From: a virus
Taxonomy: Duplodnaviria > Caudoviricetes
IMG/VR virus record: IMGVR_UViG_3300030330_003618
Coordinates: 1-62,996 of that record
Direction: 5' to 3' (one strand)
DNA: 62,996 nt
Part shown: positions 26,001 through 35,151 of the stretch, one piece after another
Position numbering within the stretch: position 1 is the stretch's first letter
Layout of the letters: each line of letters opens with the position of its first letter
The notes under the pieces: model-generated
What the model was told of the DNA's origin: nothing
Database searches by the model: none
Seen by the model: the letters and a program-made list of their open reading frames with translations, nothing else
Position numbers and translations under genes: made by a program

Positions 26001-29000
26001 AGTTAAAAGGAAGCTTTTTTATTACAGGTTTACCATCTTTTAAAACTACAAATCCTCCGTCAAATAATATTTGCATAGGGTCTGATAAGCTACGATCATT
26101 TTTCATATCAACATTATTATGCTGATCTATTTTATTTTGTAAGTTATCTATTTGTTTAAGTTCACTTTTAGTGTAATTACTTCTAACAACTTTAGGGTTA
26201 ACTCTTAACTTAGCTATTTTATATATCTCTTTAGCTTCTATTTCGTTATACTGATCTGGATATTTCTCTTGTAAAGCCTCAAGAAATTTGGGTGCAGTAA
26301 CTTTGTTAGTTATAGCTTCTTCAGCAAATTTAACAACCCCATCATTACTAAACAGAAATCTTCTCTTTAACATTTCTATAGACTTATCAGAACCAACCTC
26401 CTTAAAAGCCTCACCAACTGTAAACTCCCCACTTTCAGTCATTTGCTCTTTAAGAGATTGTTTTACTGATCGGTCTGATTTTATAGCGTCAATAGCTTTA
26501 TTAAAAGCAACGGAAACACTCTGTCCCGCTTTTAAGCCTGCTTTTAACGTTTTTAAGAACAGTTCCCACGCCACTGGTCCTAGACCCATAGTTACGTCCA
26601 TATACAGGTTTTTGCCCTTATTTCGATTTATTCTATCTAATTCAGAGTCAATACCTCTAATTGTTCTGTCTACAAGGCTTTCTGTGTTTTCTGGAGATTT
26701 TACATTTGGATCAACGTCAGAATCATGAGCATTTGTAGATGCATTTATTAAATCTATTACGCCAGCTAAATCTTCTGTTATTTGATCATTAGACTCCCTT
26801 AGATCCATATTAACAGGACCTTGCATAGCTGTCTTTATAGTTTTTATAGCCTCCTTTTTAGTTCTACCCACTGTAGTGTTAGATGCTAATTCTACCCACT
26901 CCTGTTTACCATATTTCTTCATTAATAAAAATGGCTTACCATTAACAGTTCCTTCATAAACCTTCTTACTTCTATTGTACTTAAAAGGAGTGTCTTGAAC
27001 CACTTCAGTGTCTGTATCTGTAGAAACTTCTGTTGTTGATGGTTGTTGAAATACAAATTCATCAGGAAGTAATCCTATTTTTTGCTCCGCAAAAGGTCTA
27101 TCTTGAGGTCTTACGTAGTCAGGATCCCCCTTCTTAGGCATACTGCCATCCTCTCTTCTTAAACTTTGGTTAAAGTTAACCCATGAGTTTTGACCTCTAG
27201 TCTCTGTTGTCATAGCCCTCCTAGCGTCATGACTAAACATTCTAGAATGATTAAGCCAAGCATTTTCTTCTCCTTTAATTCCAAATCCATTACCCAACTC
27301 TGTGTGACCAAAAAAGTCGTGAACAGCTCTAAATAAATCATTAACAAGAAGGGAGTTACCGTTAACATCTTTAAATTCTGTAGGTTGTAATAGAGGGTTT
27401 TCCTCTCTCATTTGATCTGTGATTTGATCTTGACCAAAACCAGCTTCTGTTCCAAATATATATAAATGCTTATTATCTCTAACATCTTTTATCATTTCAT
27501 CACTATTAGCGTAAGGCTCTCCTTTACCAGTGTAAACTTCAATAGTATACCCAGCATTTACAAGTGATCGATACTGCATTTGAGTTTCATTAGCTAAAGC
27601 GGTGTATGCTTTTTTAACTTTTGGATCATTAGGATTATTATCCATAGCATCATAAGCGTCAGCTATATTTTTAGAGTTTTCCTCATTAATTTCAGTAACT
27701 GGAATAGCATCAGAATGTTGTATCCCTAGTTGAGGGGAATTGGTGTTTATATAATTTGACGTTATTTGTGATGTTTCTGGATTAGGATCATTGAATAATC
27801 TGTTTCCAGGGTTAACAGAACTTGCGTTTCCAGCAGAGCTTCTCACTGACTCATCCTCAAATAAAGTTAGTTGTCTATCTCCAGATGCTGGCATACCAGG
27901 CTCCTCCTCACGATCTGTTTGAGTTGTGGGCAAACCGCCAGGACCCTCTCCAATAGTAATAGTAGGTCCTCCAGGAGCATCACCTCCGTCATCACCCCCA
28001 TTTAAATTACTTAGTTGATCAGGAGTCTCATTAACCATATTATTCCAATCGTCATCTCCCCATAGTGTTAACTGCTCCCCTTGTGGTGATTTTTTATATT
28101 CATCCATAACACCTAAGAACTCTTCAACCAATTTAGTGTCTTCAGGATTTAGAGATCCAGAGTCCAGCATATCTTGAAAGTTTTGTTCTATACTATTAGC
28201 TGTTAAAGTTGTAAAAGCTGTAGATAACCCTACACAAATAATAGCTGTAGTCATCAACTTATTTATTCTCTCATCTTTTGAGTGACCAACTGTAGCCATT
28301 AAAGCTTCTTCCCAATTAAAGCCCATATTAGTTAAGTTCTCAACAAACTCACCTGAATACTCAGCTAATAACTCAGCACCACCACCCGCAAGTATTCTTG
28401 GAGGGAGAGTAGCAACTTTAACGCCTGGTTTACCTAAATTTCTATACAGTGTTAATAACCCTCTAGTTACAGGAGTTCTTTTAAATAATGCGTCCATAGT
28501 TTGCTGCGTAGCACCCTCGGCAGCACCCATTCTCCATGTAGCTTGATCACCTGATGTCATTTCAAAAGCAACCGCACCCTTAACTACTTGCTCACTAAAG
28601 TCCCACCAAAAGGCACCAGCTTTTGTACTTTTGGCAGCAAGCATAGCATTATTGATTTTAGGTATTTTGGTAAGAGTTTTTAAACCAGCACCAGCAATAG
28701 GCATAGTAGCAATCATTTCAATCATAATAGGAAGTGTAGTCCCTACACCTTGAGCTACCATATCATTTAGACTTATTTCTCCAGCTACCTTTTGTTCATC
28801 TGTTAACTTTATTCCGTAAGCATTAGCTATATCGTCATAGTAATTAATCATATCGTCTTCACTGTGAACATGTCTTTTATGTACAGCATGACCAAAAGAT
28901 TCTGACATTTGCCTTAAGAATAATCCTGTTCCAGTTTTTTCTGACCATTCTTTTCCTGGATCAACATTGAATGTTAATACATTAGATATAGCTACTAATT

Positions 29001-31551
29001 GAGTTTGATTCTCAAAGTATCTACCTTTAAAATTTTTCAACATCTCTATCATAAACTCAGCATCTTCTTTAGATCCCTCTCCAAAGTTTTTAGCTATAAA
29101 TAAAGGTATTGATTTATCTATTGATCTAAGTTGTTGTCTAACTCCAATAACACCAGTATTTCTTTCAGATTCAATATCAAATTGTTCTCTTAATTCTTTT
29201 GCACCACCACCAATACCTAAACTCCAAAGAGCACCTGTATCTCCTGATTGAGCTTGTATAAAGCTATACATTTCTTCTAGAGTCATTTTTTTACCACTAG
29301 GAAGAGTCATCTTTTCATTCTTCCATATATCCTGATTCATTAACTCAGTTGAGTATAAACCATCTTGAGCTCTCATTAATTGATCAACAAACGCACCATA
29401 ATCATCCGCTTGATTTAATGCAGTCATAAAATTATTTTCGGCAGAAACTATTTGTTGTTGCATAATCTTATCCTCTTCTGTAGCTACAGGATCTTCCACT
29501 CTTTCTCCTGTTTGGGTAAACATTTCTGTCCCCCTTTCATATCCTCTCTTTTCTCTGTTTTCAGCCAACTTTGCTTTAAGTATATCCAAATCTTTCATTA
29601 ACTTACTAGACTGCTCAATATATTCCTCTTCGTCCATCCCTTCTTTTTTAGACTCTAGTTTTTGTAGTTGTAGATTTTTTTCTTTTATAGCACTGTTTAA
29701 TTTTACCTGAGTTTTAAAAGTTTCTGAGTTTTGCCAATCTACATCAGCAACGGTCATATTAATATCATTAACTCTACTTTTTTGAAAATCTTTATAAATA
29801 TTCATAAAGACTCTATCTTGAAGCATCTCTTCGGGGTTTTTAAATTTTATCCCTTTATTGTCTTGATACTTTTGTAAAAGCTCTTTAGCTTCGGTGTCAA
29901 CAGAAAACTCATTACTTAAATCTTGTTGTATTTCATTTTTTAAATCACCTATCACTAAATTCATCTGATAACTTTCAGACCTATCAATTTTAGAGTTTAT
30001 TTGATCATTACTACTATTGTAAAAAGCTACTCTATCTTCATGAGTTTTTAATCCACCGTAAGCTGTCTTTACATCATTCACCCCATGTTTACTAGAGGTG
30101 GTCAGTATTTGTGCAGTTAACTTACCTTTAGCATTTTTTATTTTATTTATTTGATCTGTTAAATTTTCATACTGAACTCTTTGCTCTTCACTAAGTGTGT
30201 TGTAGTTAACATTTCCAAGTGTCATTTTTTGCTCCTTCACTCCCTCTTCATACACAGCTACTGGTCTATAGAATTTATGTTTTTTCTCTTCTTTATAGGC
30301 ATGTTTACCTCCAATAAGCTCACTTCTTTGATTTAATAAGCTGGCCAGATGGTTGTCCATATTTAAAATAGTCTCATACTGAGATAACCCTAATTCATCT
30401 ACAGACTGAAAAACCTGGTTTTCATCTCCTGTTTGGAGTCCTGGTGGTATACCATATTCTAATAAAAGATCTTCATTTTCACCTCCACCAATAGGAACTT
30501 CGTGGAAGAATGTGTTTGTGTCAGGATTAACAGCAGACAATAGATCTTTTCCGTTTTCAGATATAGATGTTGTTAAAGGTATTTGAAGATCTTCATAATC
30601 TATAAACTGCCCCTCCTCTTTAGACTCTAATAAAAAGTTAAAGTTTTCAGGATTTTCGTTATATATCTGTGCCGCTTTATAAAAATTATAATCTCCTTCT
30701 TGACCGTAGAATTGATCAAAGTTTTGGTTAAACTCTACCTTTTTTAACTCTGCTAATACTTCAGGATCGTTTCTTGATTTCTCTCTCTTTTGTAAATCAT
30801 GTTGATTTTGTATATCTACCTTTAGATCCGCCATAATGTTAGCAGGAACTTGAGAGGCATCTACAGACATCCCATTTTTAGTAAAAGTTTTTAATATGTA
30901 ATCATAATCCCAAACATCTTGGTCTTGATTAACATCTGTTTCGTTTGATTCTTCGGGGACGATAGCACCATCTTGTGCTTTAAATGGTTTGTTTGTTGGA
31001 ATTTCTACAATCTTAGATGCTGGAGATGTTGTCATTTTTCCTCCAGGTTTTAATACACCTTGATACCCGCCATCCGCATAAACATGTATAGGATAACTTT
31101 GTCTACCCTCTAATAATCTAGGTTCTTTACCTTTAAAATTAAGAGTAGCTGAAGTGCCTGGCTTAGACCCCTCCAATCCTTTATATAACTCTTTATCTGT
31201 GCTTAAATTAAGATCAGTTACAAAGGCTCCATCTTTAGCTGTAAAACTCTTATTATTTTCGCTTATTTCTAATTGCTCCGATTCTCCAGTTTCCAATTCT
31301 AATAAACCATTTGCCGAATCTTTTTTTTTTAAGGCGTAACGGTTAACTACACTTGTTATGTCACTATCACTAGGTGTGTATTTTGTTAGTGCACCATAAA
31401 TGTCTTTAACCATGGCTTCATAATCACCATCGTACTGGGCAAATATCGAGTCAATCTCAACCTGAGTCAACCTGTGATTAGGTTTAAACTTCTTGTAGAA
31501 ATCTGTTACGAATTTAATAGCGTTTTTATCTTTTTGATATACTACTGCCAT
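20020..31551 (-). CDS. Giant (3843 aa) polyvalent virion/ejection protein
   Basis: Last of three ejection-type genes after the tail stabiliser; hydrophobic Gly/Ala helices (~28200-28760); HDFFGH domain, HhH-glycosylase-like, SAM-lyase-like and LPD38-like (DYANFNNGG..YLNAAAQ) regions. Confidence 0.85.
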   Translation of the reverse strand: MAVVYQKDKNAIKFVTDFYKKFKPNHRLTQVEIDSIFAQYDGDYEAMVKDIYGALTKYTPSDSDITSVVNRYALKKKDSANGLLELETGESEQLEISENNKSFTAKDGAFVTDLNLSTDKELYKGLEGSKPGTSATLNFKGKEPRLLEGRQSYPIHVYADGGYQGVLKPGGKMTTSPASKIVEIPTNKPFKAQDGAIVPEESNETDVNQDQDVWDYDYILKTFTKNGMSVDASQVPANIMADLKVDIQNQHDLQKREKSRNDPEVLAELKKVEFNQNFDQFYGQEGDYNFYKAAQIYNENPENFNFLLESKEEGQFIDYEDLQIPLTTSISENGKDLLSAVNPDTNTFFHEVPIGGGENEDLLLEYGIPPGLQTGDENQVFQSVDELGLSQYETILNMDNHLASLLNQRSELIGGKHAYKEEKKHKFYRPVAVYEEGVKEQKMTLGNVNYNTLSEEQRVQYENLTDQINKIKNAKGKLTAQILTTSSKHGVNDVKTAYGGLKTHEDRVAFYNSSNDQINSKIDRSESYQMNLVIGDLKNEIQQDLSNEFSVDTEAKELLQKYQDNKGIKFKNPEEMLQDRVFMNIYKDFQKSRVNDINMTVADVDWQNSETFKTQVKLNSAIKEKNLQLQKLESKKEGMDEEEYIEQSSKLMKDLDILKAKLAENREKRGYERGTEMFTQTGERVEDPVATEEDKIMQQQIVSAENNFMTALNQADDYGAFVDQLMRAQDGLYSTELMNQDIWKNEKMTLPSGKKMTLEEMYSFIQAQSGDTGALWSLGIGGGAKELREQFDIESERNTGVIGVRQQLRSIDKSIPLFIAKNFGEGSKEDAEFMIEMLKNFKGRYFENQTQLVAISNVLTFNVDPGKEWSEKTGTGLFLRQMSESFGHAVHKRHVHSEDDMINYYDDIANAYGIKLTDEQKVAGEISLNDMVAQGVGTTLPIMIEMIATMPIAGAGLKTLTKIPKINNAMLAAKSTKAGAFWWDFSEQVVKGAVAFEMTSGDQATWRMGAAEGATQQTMDALFKRTPVTRGLLTLYRNLGKPGVKVATLPPRILAGGGAELLAEYSGEFVENLTNMGFNWEEALMATVGHSKDERINKLMTTAIICVGLSTAFTTLTANSIEQNFQDMLDSGSLNPEDTKLVEEFLGVMDEYKKSPQGEQLTLWGDDDWNNMVNETPDQLSNLNGGDDGGDAPGGPTITIGEGPGGLPTTQTDREEEPGMPASGDRQLTLFEDESVRSSAGNASSVNPGNRLFNDPNPETSQITSNYINTNSPQLGIQHSDAIPVTEINEENSKNIADAYDAMDNNPNDPKVKKAYTALANETQMQYRSLVNAGYTIEVYTGKGEPYANSDEMIKDVRDNKHLYIFGTEAGFGQDQITDQMREENPLLQPTEFKDVNGNSLLVNDLFRAVHDFFGHTELGNGFGIKGEENAWLNHSRMFSHDARRAMTTETRGQNSWVNFNQSLRREDGSMPKKGDPDYVRPQDRPFAEQKIGLLPDEFVFQQPSTTEVSTDTDTEVVQDTPFKYNRSKKVYEGTVNGKPFLLMKKYGKQEWVELASNTTVGRTKKEAIKTIKTAMQGPVNMDLRESNDQITEDLAGVIDLINASTNAHDSDVDPNVKSPENTESLVDRTIRGIDSELDRINRNKGKNLYMDVTMGLGPVAWELFLKTLKAGLKAGQSVSVAFNKAIDAIKSDRSVKQSLKEQMTESGEFTVGEAFKEVGSDKSIEMLKRRFLFSNDGVVKFAEEAITNKVTAPKFLEALQEKYPDQYNEIEAKEIYKIAKLRVNPKVVRSNYTKSELKQIDNLQNKIDQHNNVDMKNDRSLSDPMQILFDGGFVVLKDGKPVIKKLPFNFSGAPIFQGLSEQQKIELASDLLIQDFNANSSKIDLKKATGWYSKTKNLIQQKFGGNAPIFFELLGVTSPQAPPQVNFRKSIEVLKSYSEGKFDESLQIYDNKVKAIMAQYDQGVFGTGKKALFKAKELIRQASSDKDVVSAIKKKNGKSFGLPVVTSGIVRVLYGNWLSNNPANKTGQFYNNLSLRDRSATIDVWAARNMRRILYSQGGFVPFRRRQSQETTVGNKDFAFAQSVYAIAAKKLNLNPDDLQAAMWFIEKQIYDESGFSGADRTGTAKDQATMTNAVKSAEITDRVMIGASTFIGNTSPDQKRRIYSAAARAIQKALERNATDEEISAVIAATMQGSVRMDQALQNLDAIVAQLGAMGRPYQSEGIYMNQVEDTINLEMLVDAGTDLSPLFDELLTTAINNEQESVFASKVTTEQDPNARPFRRIEFDSPMTLTDARMFANEHFGPNGVEGMTVNYNQKGEVIGLSMQFIPEYLMKPMGEGLTVGNVKDFESKWVEGADKAIKEIQEKYGEDIFNTVENGYINTKVFTNGEYETTTRQEKSFETDINRELARRQRAINSGDNAQDISDLRTGDEYSSRSVQRFQILIDFADKLDQIYKDLGGNAYADPFMSIPIIRAAIKTASVVLRATSSVAKAVDAAIDYIKKAQKDGDNFIPDQEAEIRELFKNFISEQEGLFNPKEPGVSGETELTEEEAAKLEEEEVRLKEMRERQTLEMINAINSDIDLEGWTDSDYTETLEELQKDQDAAFSRGKDNFFGRLSDFMRFLDESYVKLKEQTVDTKFRIKRSIRNIGKDMNLGETASNALASITLWLTVPGTAKELIDQANKRIWGALSSAQIKLVGQLSTLERIIELDNLSDAQKSAADVIIKNLNTLSKKLGKAKTKEEKAAIKEAIKQAEGQLDNIYKDNSKINIKKNEDGSGYYLEYLTKDKSGKDISIKIKPGMKSMVDPTTKKKVWPWRMKHPDVKNPKGEGRIMMNKELAQGMIDNMKKRLGNDFKVIRETTDKLFEEYSNELKRNFEAGLIDEATYNELKNLKYNPRKFVDYVIFAERNLNEQRKSGRSDKGDHLESPLKMLKQGSDSVLYMDPVKLLQNTIATGAKLRAENEVRKGIYNIISEVTKKGFEYINGLQMSIEDIGYILKDGEKVKPGYVEMSYNEGGKKIRFAMKNAAYQSLFAHPREMVPAGDKLKLLTAPLRWSGSALKVFATGVGAPFFFVANIFYDFAQQVMFTDTYNGMATNPVPFLGLGSKFGVAFVDWASVMYDAATNGPLSQEYKMLGGSLEFLTRYGLMDYSSDLAIDEVALTKRAREIISDPENTLNEEQAREKAAREQMSKLYGDDAPYTNPNTKSGWDTIKNVFASMNSTSEMTGRLANTRRWIKKYTQEYKEKNDGQEPTGQDLINIKKRAVANAVDYANFNNGGKAIKFIDSLGFAYLNAAAQVFDKSVRYVSENPKQFIWDTAQWASVFGLGLMAMNLQHFDILDEDEEKRLQDNLDKAVASGNRELEKKIREKLYKNRRYYINHISPYDRENYHCIILPGKVTDIVSQEKEVALQEQLKIAESMQIGEERDARIAEIKNQLSDNRIVTPRYLKIPSDARLNVFRLPLEGLAFKHITGSDYFIQSKDFASYTPWGRGDEKNSYGRILQKAIPAGGGNPRDLVSTNPLLNVSLKVLGNYDAFYNRPVWNDYNEAASGYTQYEGDYDKYEDRWLRDLSNRFDKMGLKEGGFGVTTAKSALGSMLTNMDRSPWNAVVNHSYVAATGGLSEYEKEKYGNQMNLFLNDIFGPVTKRYIGEIDLLKNQKTQLQAEADHIRETEERFQANLNLAYKAASEKFSLRKDPNSGAMVDVDGKKLRFSNDARDDYYFLMQDVIAETHRQIEGRLGNDPVIDQKLWNRDQVDLRIARKIMMDWNFGEYESDLQQAIMDFKQGKKMTSAFIIYEAQKEALGNTTRYETIEKLFTEEGILTDPQIQYMMTVWAREDDKKTQ

Positions 31552-31569
31552 ATTTAATTAATTTTAATT

Positions 31570-33660
31570 TTATGCCATCATTGTTTCAGAACCAGGAAAT
31601 ATGTAATCATCATTAATAAGACTATCGTCACCCATAGCTATTTCCTTTCTCTGACCATTTTCTATTATAACCTTCTTAATATCCTTAACTCTATCAAGCC
31701 CTTCTTTGTAAGGTTTTAACTCATCAGTGCTTAAAAGAGAACTATTTATAGGGAAGAATCCTGGAATACCTTTATTGTTTCTCATTATATTATCAATCCA
31801 TACTCTCTCTTCATTTTTTAAATTACCCTCAGCATCTCCAGAGTACAACTCTCTAACATCTTCTGGATTTTTAGCTTTCCAATATCCATCAAAACCAAAC
31901 ACAACCATAGCATTATTTGCGTCTTCTTCATTGGAAAATATAAACGAATTACTTTGCTTGTCAAATTGAGTGTTAGCCATTAATCGACCTGTTCGCTTAT
32001 CTACAACCCTATAACCCATTGTTCCTGCGGATAACTCACCTTGAGCAGCACCTTCTTGTAAAATTTTAGTCAGTTTAGGGTCAAAAGCTTGAAATCCTAC
32101 GTCATTATAATCATTTAAATTATTTATACTTGTAGGTTTCCATGGTCTGTCAATATTAGGTAAATCCTTACTTACGGTATGTATTCCACCCATCGCATTA
32201 ACAGTTGTCGTTCCATCCATTAACTCTATCTTTGTATTAAGAGTTCCAGCATTATCCCAATCCCAACTTAAATTTTTATTATCTATACCTGTAACAGTTG
32301 GATTATTAATCTTCACGCTAGTATGTCTAGCTTTCCACTGTTCTAATATCATCTCAGTCATGTAATCCTGATAAGTCTCTAACGTTCTGCCTGGAGCATA
32401 TTCACTAGCTCTTTTTAATTCTTCTGGTAATTCCCCTAGTAACTCTTCTGGGTTTTCAGGGTTAGGTCTATTTCCTAGTTTAATTTTTCTAACAACTTCA
32501 TCTTTAGCTCCTTGGCTAGGTTTTAAATTACCTTGTTCTTGCAATATCATATCTGCAACCTGCATAGAAGCTATAGTACCATAGTCGTTTTGCCAATCTC
32601 CTCTACCTTCTAATGCATCAGGATTCCAGCTAGAAACACTAAAAGCTTGATCCCATATACCATTCATAGCTTCAGCAGTTAAATAAGAATTTGTACCACC
32701 AACAGCCTCATCGTACATTCCTTCAAATTTTAAGCCATTAGATATTTCATATAATCCGTTTGTAGAATATTGTTTTTTATCTAATTTAGTGAAGTCTCTA
32801 CTCCATTTTTTATAAAAAGGAACCTCACTACCTTCTTCTCCGTATACTATATTTCCTTTAGCATCAAACTTAGTTAGTAGAGGATTATACTCCTCATTAT
32901 AGATAGACTCAAATTTGTAAATTCCTGATTTAGTTTGAACAACCTCATTGTTTCCGTCTAGCTCATATGCTGTTAAAGGTTTTCCATCTTTACCTAATAA
33001 ATATTGCTCTCCATTAGGACCTGTTTGGTACTGATATTCTCCGTTCTCATTTTTTAATGCTGTTTGTTGTCCCAGTCCATCGTCAAAAGCTGTTCCTTCA
33101 GCATTCCACATCCAGCTATAATCATCCATACTCTCTATAATGTTTCCATCATCATCTTTAGCCATTTTTTCCTCAACCATTTCCTTCGTTAGAAGAACTT
33201 CCTCTTGCTCTATTAAATCTAGATTGTAAGTATTATTACCAAACTCATCCACTTCATAAACTTTATCGTGATAAGCTTTATAGTCTGTAACATATCCTGC
33301 TGTATGTTCTGAAAAAGATATTATTTGACGCTTCATGTTTTCATATATAGACCAGTGGTGTTGACTAAATTCACCCTCTATATCATCGTCAGCAGTGTTT
33401 TTGTGATTTAATTCATTAGCATATGTGGCTGCGTATTGATCTAATTGTCTGAGTAATTCTTCCTGACCAGGCATGAATTTTTCTGCAAACTTAGGATCTA
33501 TCTTAGACTCCCTAACCGCAGACTGCCTCATCTTATCAGCCTCCTCTCCCTTTTTTTTATTGATCTGTCTCTCCTTGAGTCTTAATTCTTGTTTTCTTAA
33601 TCTGTGACCAGCAAAGTCAAATATCTGAGGGTCAAAGCCACTAGTAAATCCTCCAGCCAT
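31570..33660 (-). CDS. Putative internal virion/ejection protein (696 aa)
   Basis: Position between the pilot-like and giant proteins. Confidence 0.7.
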   Translation of the reverse strand: MAGGFTSGFDPQIFDFAGHRLRKQELRLKERQINKKKGEEADKMRQSAVRESKIDPKFAEKFMPGQEELLRQLDQYAATYANELNHKNTADDDIEGEFSQHHWSIYENMKRQIISFSEHTAGYVTDYKAYHDKVYEVDEFGNNTYNLDLIEQEEVLLTKEMVEEKMAKDDDGNIIESMDDYSWMWNAEGTAFDDGLGQQTALKNENGEYQYQTGPNGEQYLLGKDGKPLTAYELDGNNEVVQTKSGIYKFESIYNEEYNPLLTKFDAKGNIVYGEEGSEVPFYKKWSRDFTKLDKKQYSTNGLYEISNGLKFEGMYDEAVGGTNSYLTAEAMNGIWDQAFSVSSWNPDALEGRGDWQNDYGTIASMQVADMILQEQGNLKPSQGAKDEVVRKIKLGNRPNPENPEELLGELPEELKRASEYAPGRTLETYQDYMTEMILEQWKARHTSVKINNPTVTGIDNKNLSWDWDNAGTLNTKIELMDGTTTVNAMGGIHTVSKDLPNIDRPWKPTSINNLNDYNDVGFQAFDPKLTKILQEGAAQGELSAGTMGYRVVDKRTGRLMANTQFDKQSNSFIFSNEEDANNAMVVFGFDGYWKAKNPEDVRELYSGDAEGNLKNEERVWIDNIMRNNKGIPGFFPINSSLLSTDELKPYKEGLDRVKDIKKVIIENGQRKEIAMGDDSLINDDYIFPGSETMMA

Positions 33661-33662
33661 AA

Positions 33663-35114
33663 TTAATTATATTTAAGTATTGGTTTAGGTCTATATCCCA
33701 TTTTAGCTCCACCCATAGCATTTTGATTCATATTTTTTTCAGCATGCTCTCTAGCGTTTTGATCCCACTTAGCGAATAATTGTTTTAATTTATTAAATAC
33801 AGCATTTTTATCTCCGTCAGCAATTAATCTTTCAAATTCATTAACGTCTTTAGGGGGCATAATAGCCTCACCACCAGTCATTTCACCTATCTTTTCTCCA
33901 TCTTGAACTATATCAATAGGATTCTCTTTGTGAGAAAATTTACCTGGAGTTACATCAGCTTCATTAGCTGGCATCATATCTTGTTTTGCTCCCTCTTCAT
34001 ATTCCTGCATCTTAGCTCCCTTTTCAGCTTTCATCTCTTTCTCTTCCCCTTCTCCTTCTATTTTTTGTAGCTGTATATCTAGCATATCATAATCAACACC
34101 CAGTGTGTTTTTATCCCTCTTTTTAACAGCGTCTTCATGTTCTGTACCTATAAGATCTTGTGCTATAACACCTCTATATCTACCAGGTCCCTCTGGAGCG
34201 TCTTTATCTTTTTTGTAATTAAAGTCACTAACAGGAACCCCTGACTCAGTTTCTCCTACTTTTTCAATATTCTTTTTTAATTTTTCATCTGATGGAATTA
34301 AACCTATAAGAGCCTCAATACCTGAAGCAAATAAATCTGACCAAGCTGCTTGTTGCTGACCTTGTAATTCTATTATACCTGCTATTGCTGACGCTGATAA
34401 ATCACCTCCTGCCTGTGCCGCTTGAGATGTTAAATCTCCTGCTAAATCATAGGCTGCCATACCTTGATCAAACTCCTGCCCCCCTAATTGACTAATTATA
34501 GATGTTTCTTGTCCTGTTTCAAATTTTTCAATATCTGTTAATTGTTGCTGGTATCTTTCATCCATTTGAGCACCCTTTTCTTGAGCCTCTATCATAGCGG
34601 TGTCCCCAGCTTTTAAAACATCTTCTATTCCAGTCATCTTACCTGTCTTACCTATGTCTGTAATCACCCCCCTTGTTCGTTTATCTATAGAGTCTTTAAC
34701 ACCTTCCAGAAACTCAGTGGAAGTTTTTTTAGGCTTTGTGAGTGATATGCCTTGATCATAATAGTCTTGTAGCTGAGTCGAGACAGAAGGAAGCATATAT
34801 TCTAATTGGCCAGCTAAATCAGCACCAGTTTCTGCTGCATCTAACTGTTGTTGCACACCCATACCGTACACACCACCTGCTGCTGCTGCATCCGCTTCAA
34901 ATGTATCACCGCCAAGAGTATTCATCATACTACCTATACCAAAAAGATCAGCTATAGGATCAACAATAGGGTTTAAAATTGACATCCAACCACTGAAAGT
35001 CCCATCTTGAGCATTATAATGATTATTTCCAACCCTATAAGTTTTTTTCTTATTCTTTCCCCCTTTGCCATATTTTACGGAAGATGTAGGCTTATATGTA
35101 TACTTTTTTCTCAT
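33663..35114 (-). CDS. Putative DNA pilot/ejection protein with an internal peptidase S74 (autocleaving chaperone) domain
   Basis: Ala/Gly/Gln-rich amphipathic N-half; SDEKLKKNI..FNYK..GVIAQDL..VDYDML. Confidence 0.75.
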   Translation of the reverse strand: MRKKYTYKPTSSVKYGKGGKNKKKTYRVGNNHYNAQDGTFSGWMSILNPIVDPIADLFGIGSMMNTLGGDTFEADAAAAGGVYGMGVQQQLDAAETGADLAGQLEYMLPSVSTQLQDYYDQGISLTKPKKTSTEFLEGVKDSIDKRTRGVITDIGKTGKMTGIEDVLKAGDTAMIEAQEKGAQMDERYQQQLTDIEKFETGQETSIISQLGGQEFDQGMAAYDLAGDLTSQAAQAGGDLSASAIAGIIELQGQQQAAWSDLFASGIEALIGLIPSDEKLKKNIEKVGETESGVPVSDFNYKKDKDAPEGPGRYRGVIAQDLIGTEHEDAVKKRDKNTLGVDYDMLDIQLQKIEGEGEEKEMKAEKGAKMQEYEEGAKQDMMPANEADVTPGKFSHKENPIDIVQDGEKIGEMTGGEAIMPPKDVNEFERLIADGDKNAVFNKLKQLFAKWDQNAREHAEKNMNQNAMGGAKMGYRPKPILKYN

Positions 35115-35119
35115 TTTTA

Positions 35120-35127
35120 CAAATATA
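35120..35127 (-). promoter_or_regulatory. -7 element TATATTTG, 5 nt before ATG 35114
   Basis: TAnnTTTG consensus. Confidence 0.65.
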
Positions 35128-35151
35128 TTTATTATTTTTCACTTGTACAAG

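Noticed and set aside
26710-26724. DSDVD in the giant protein as an RNA polymerase DxDxD catalytic motif
   Set aside because: It lies in a low-complexity linker and lacks the DFDxD / NADFDGD context and flanking double-psi-barrel motifs
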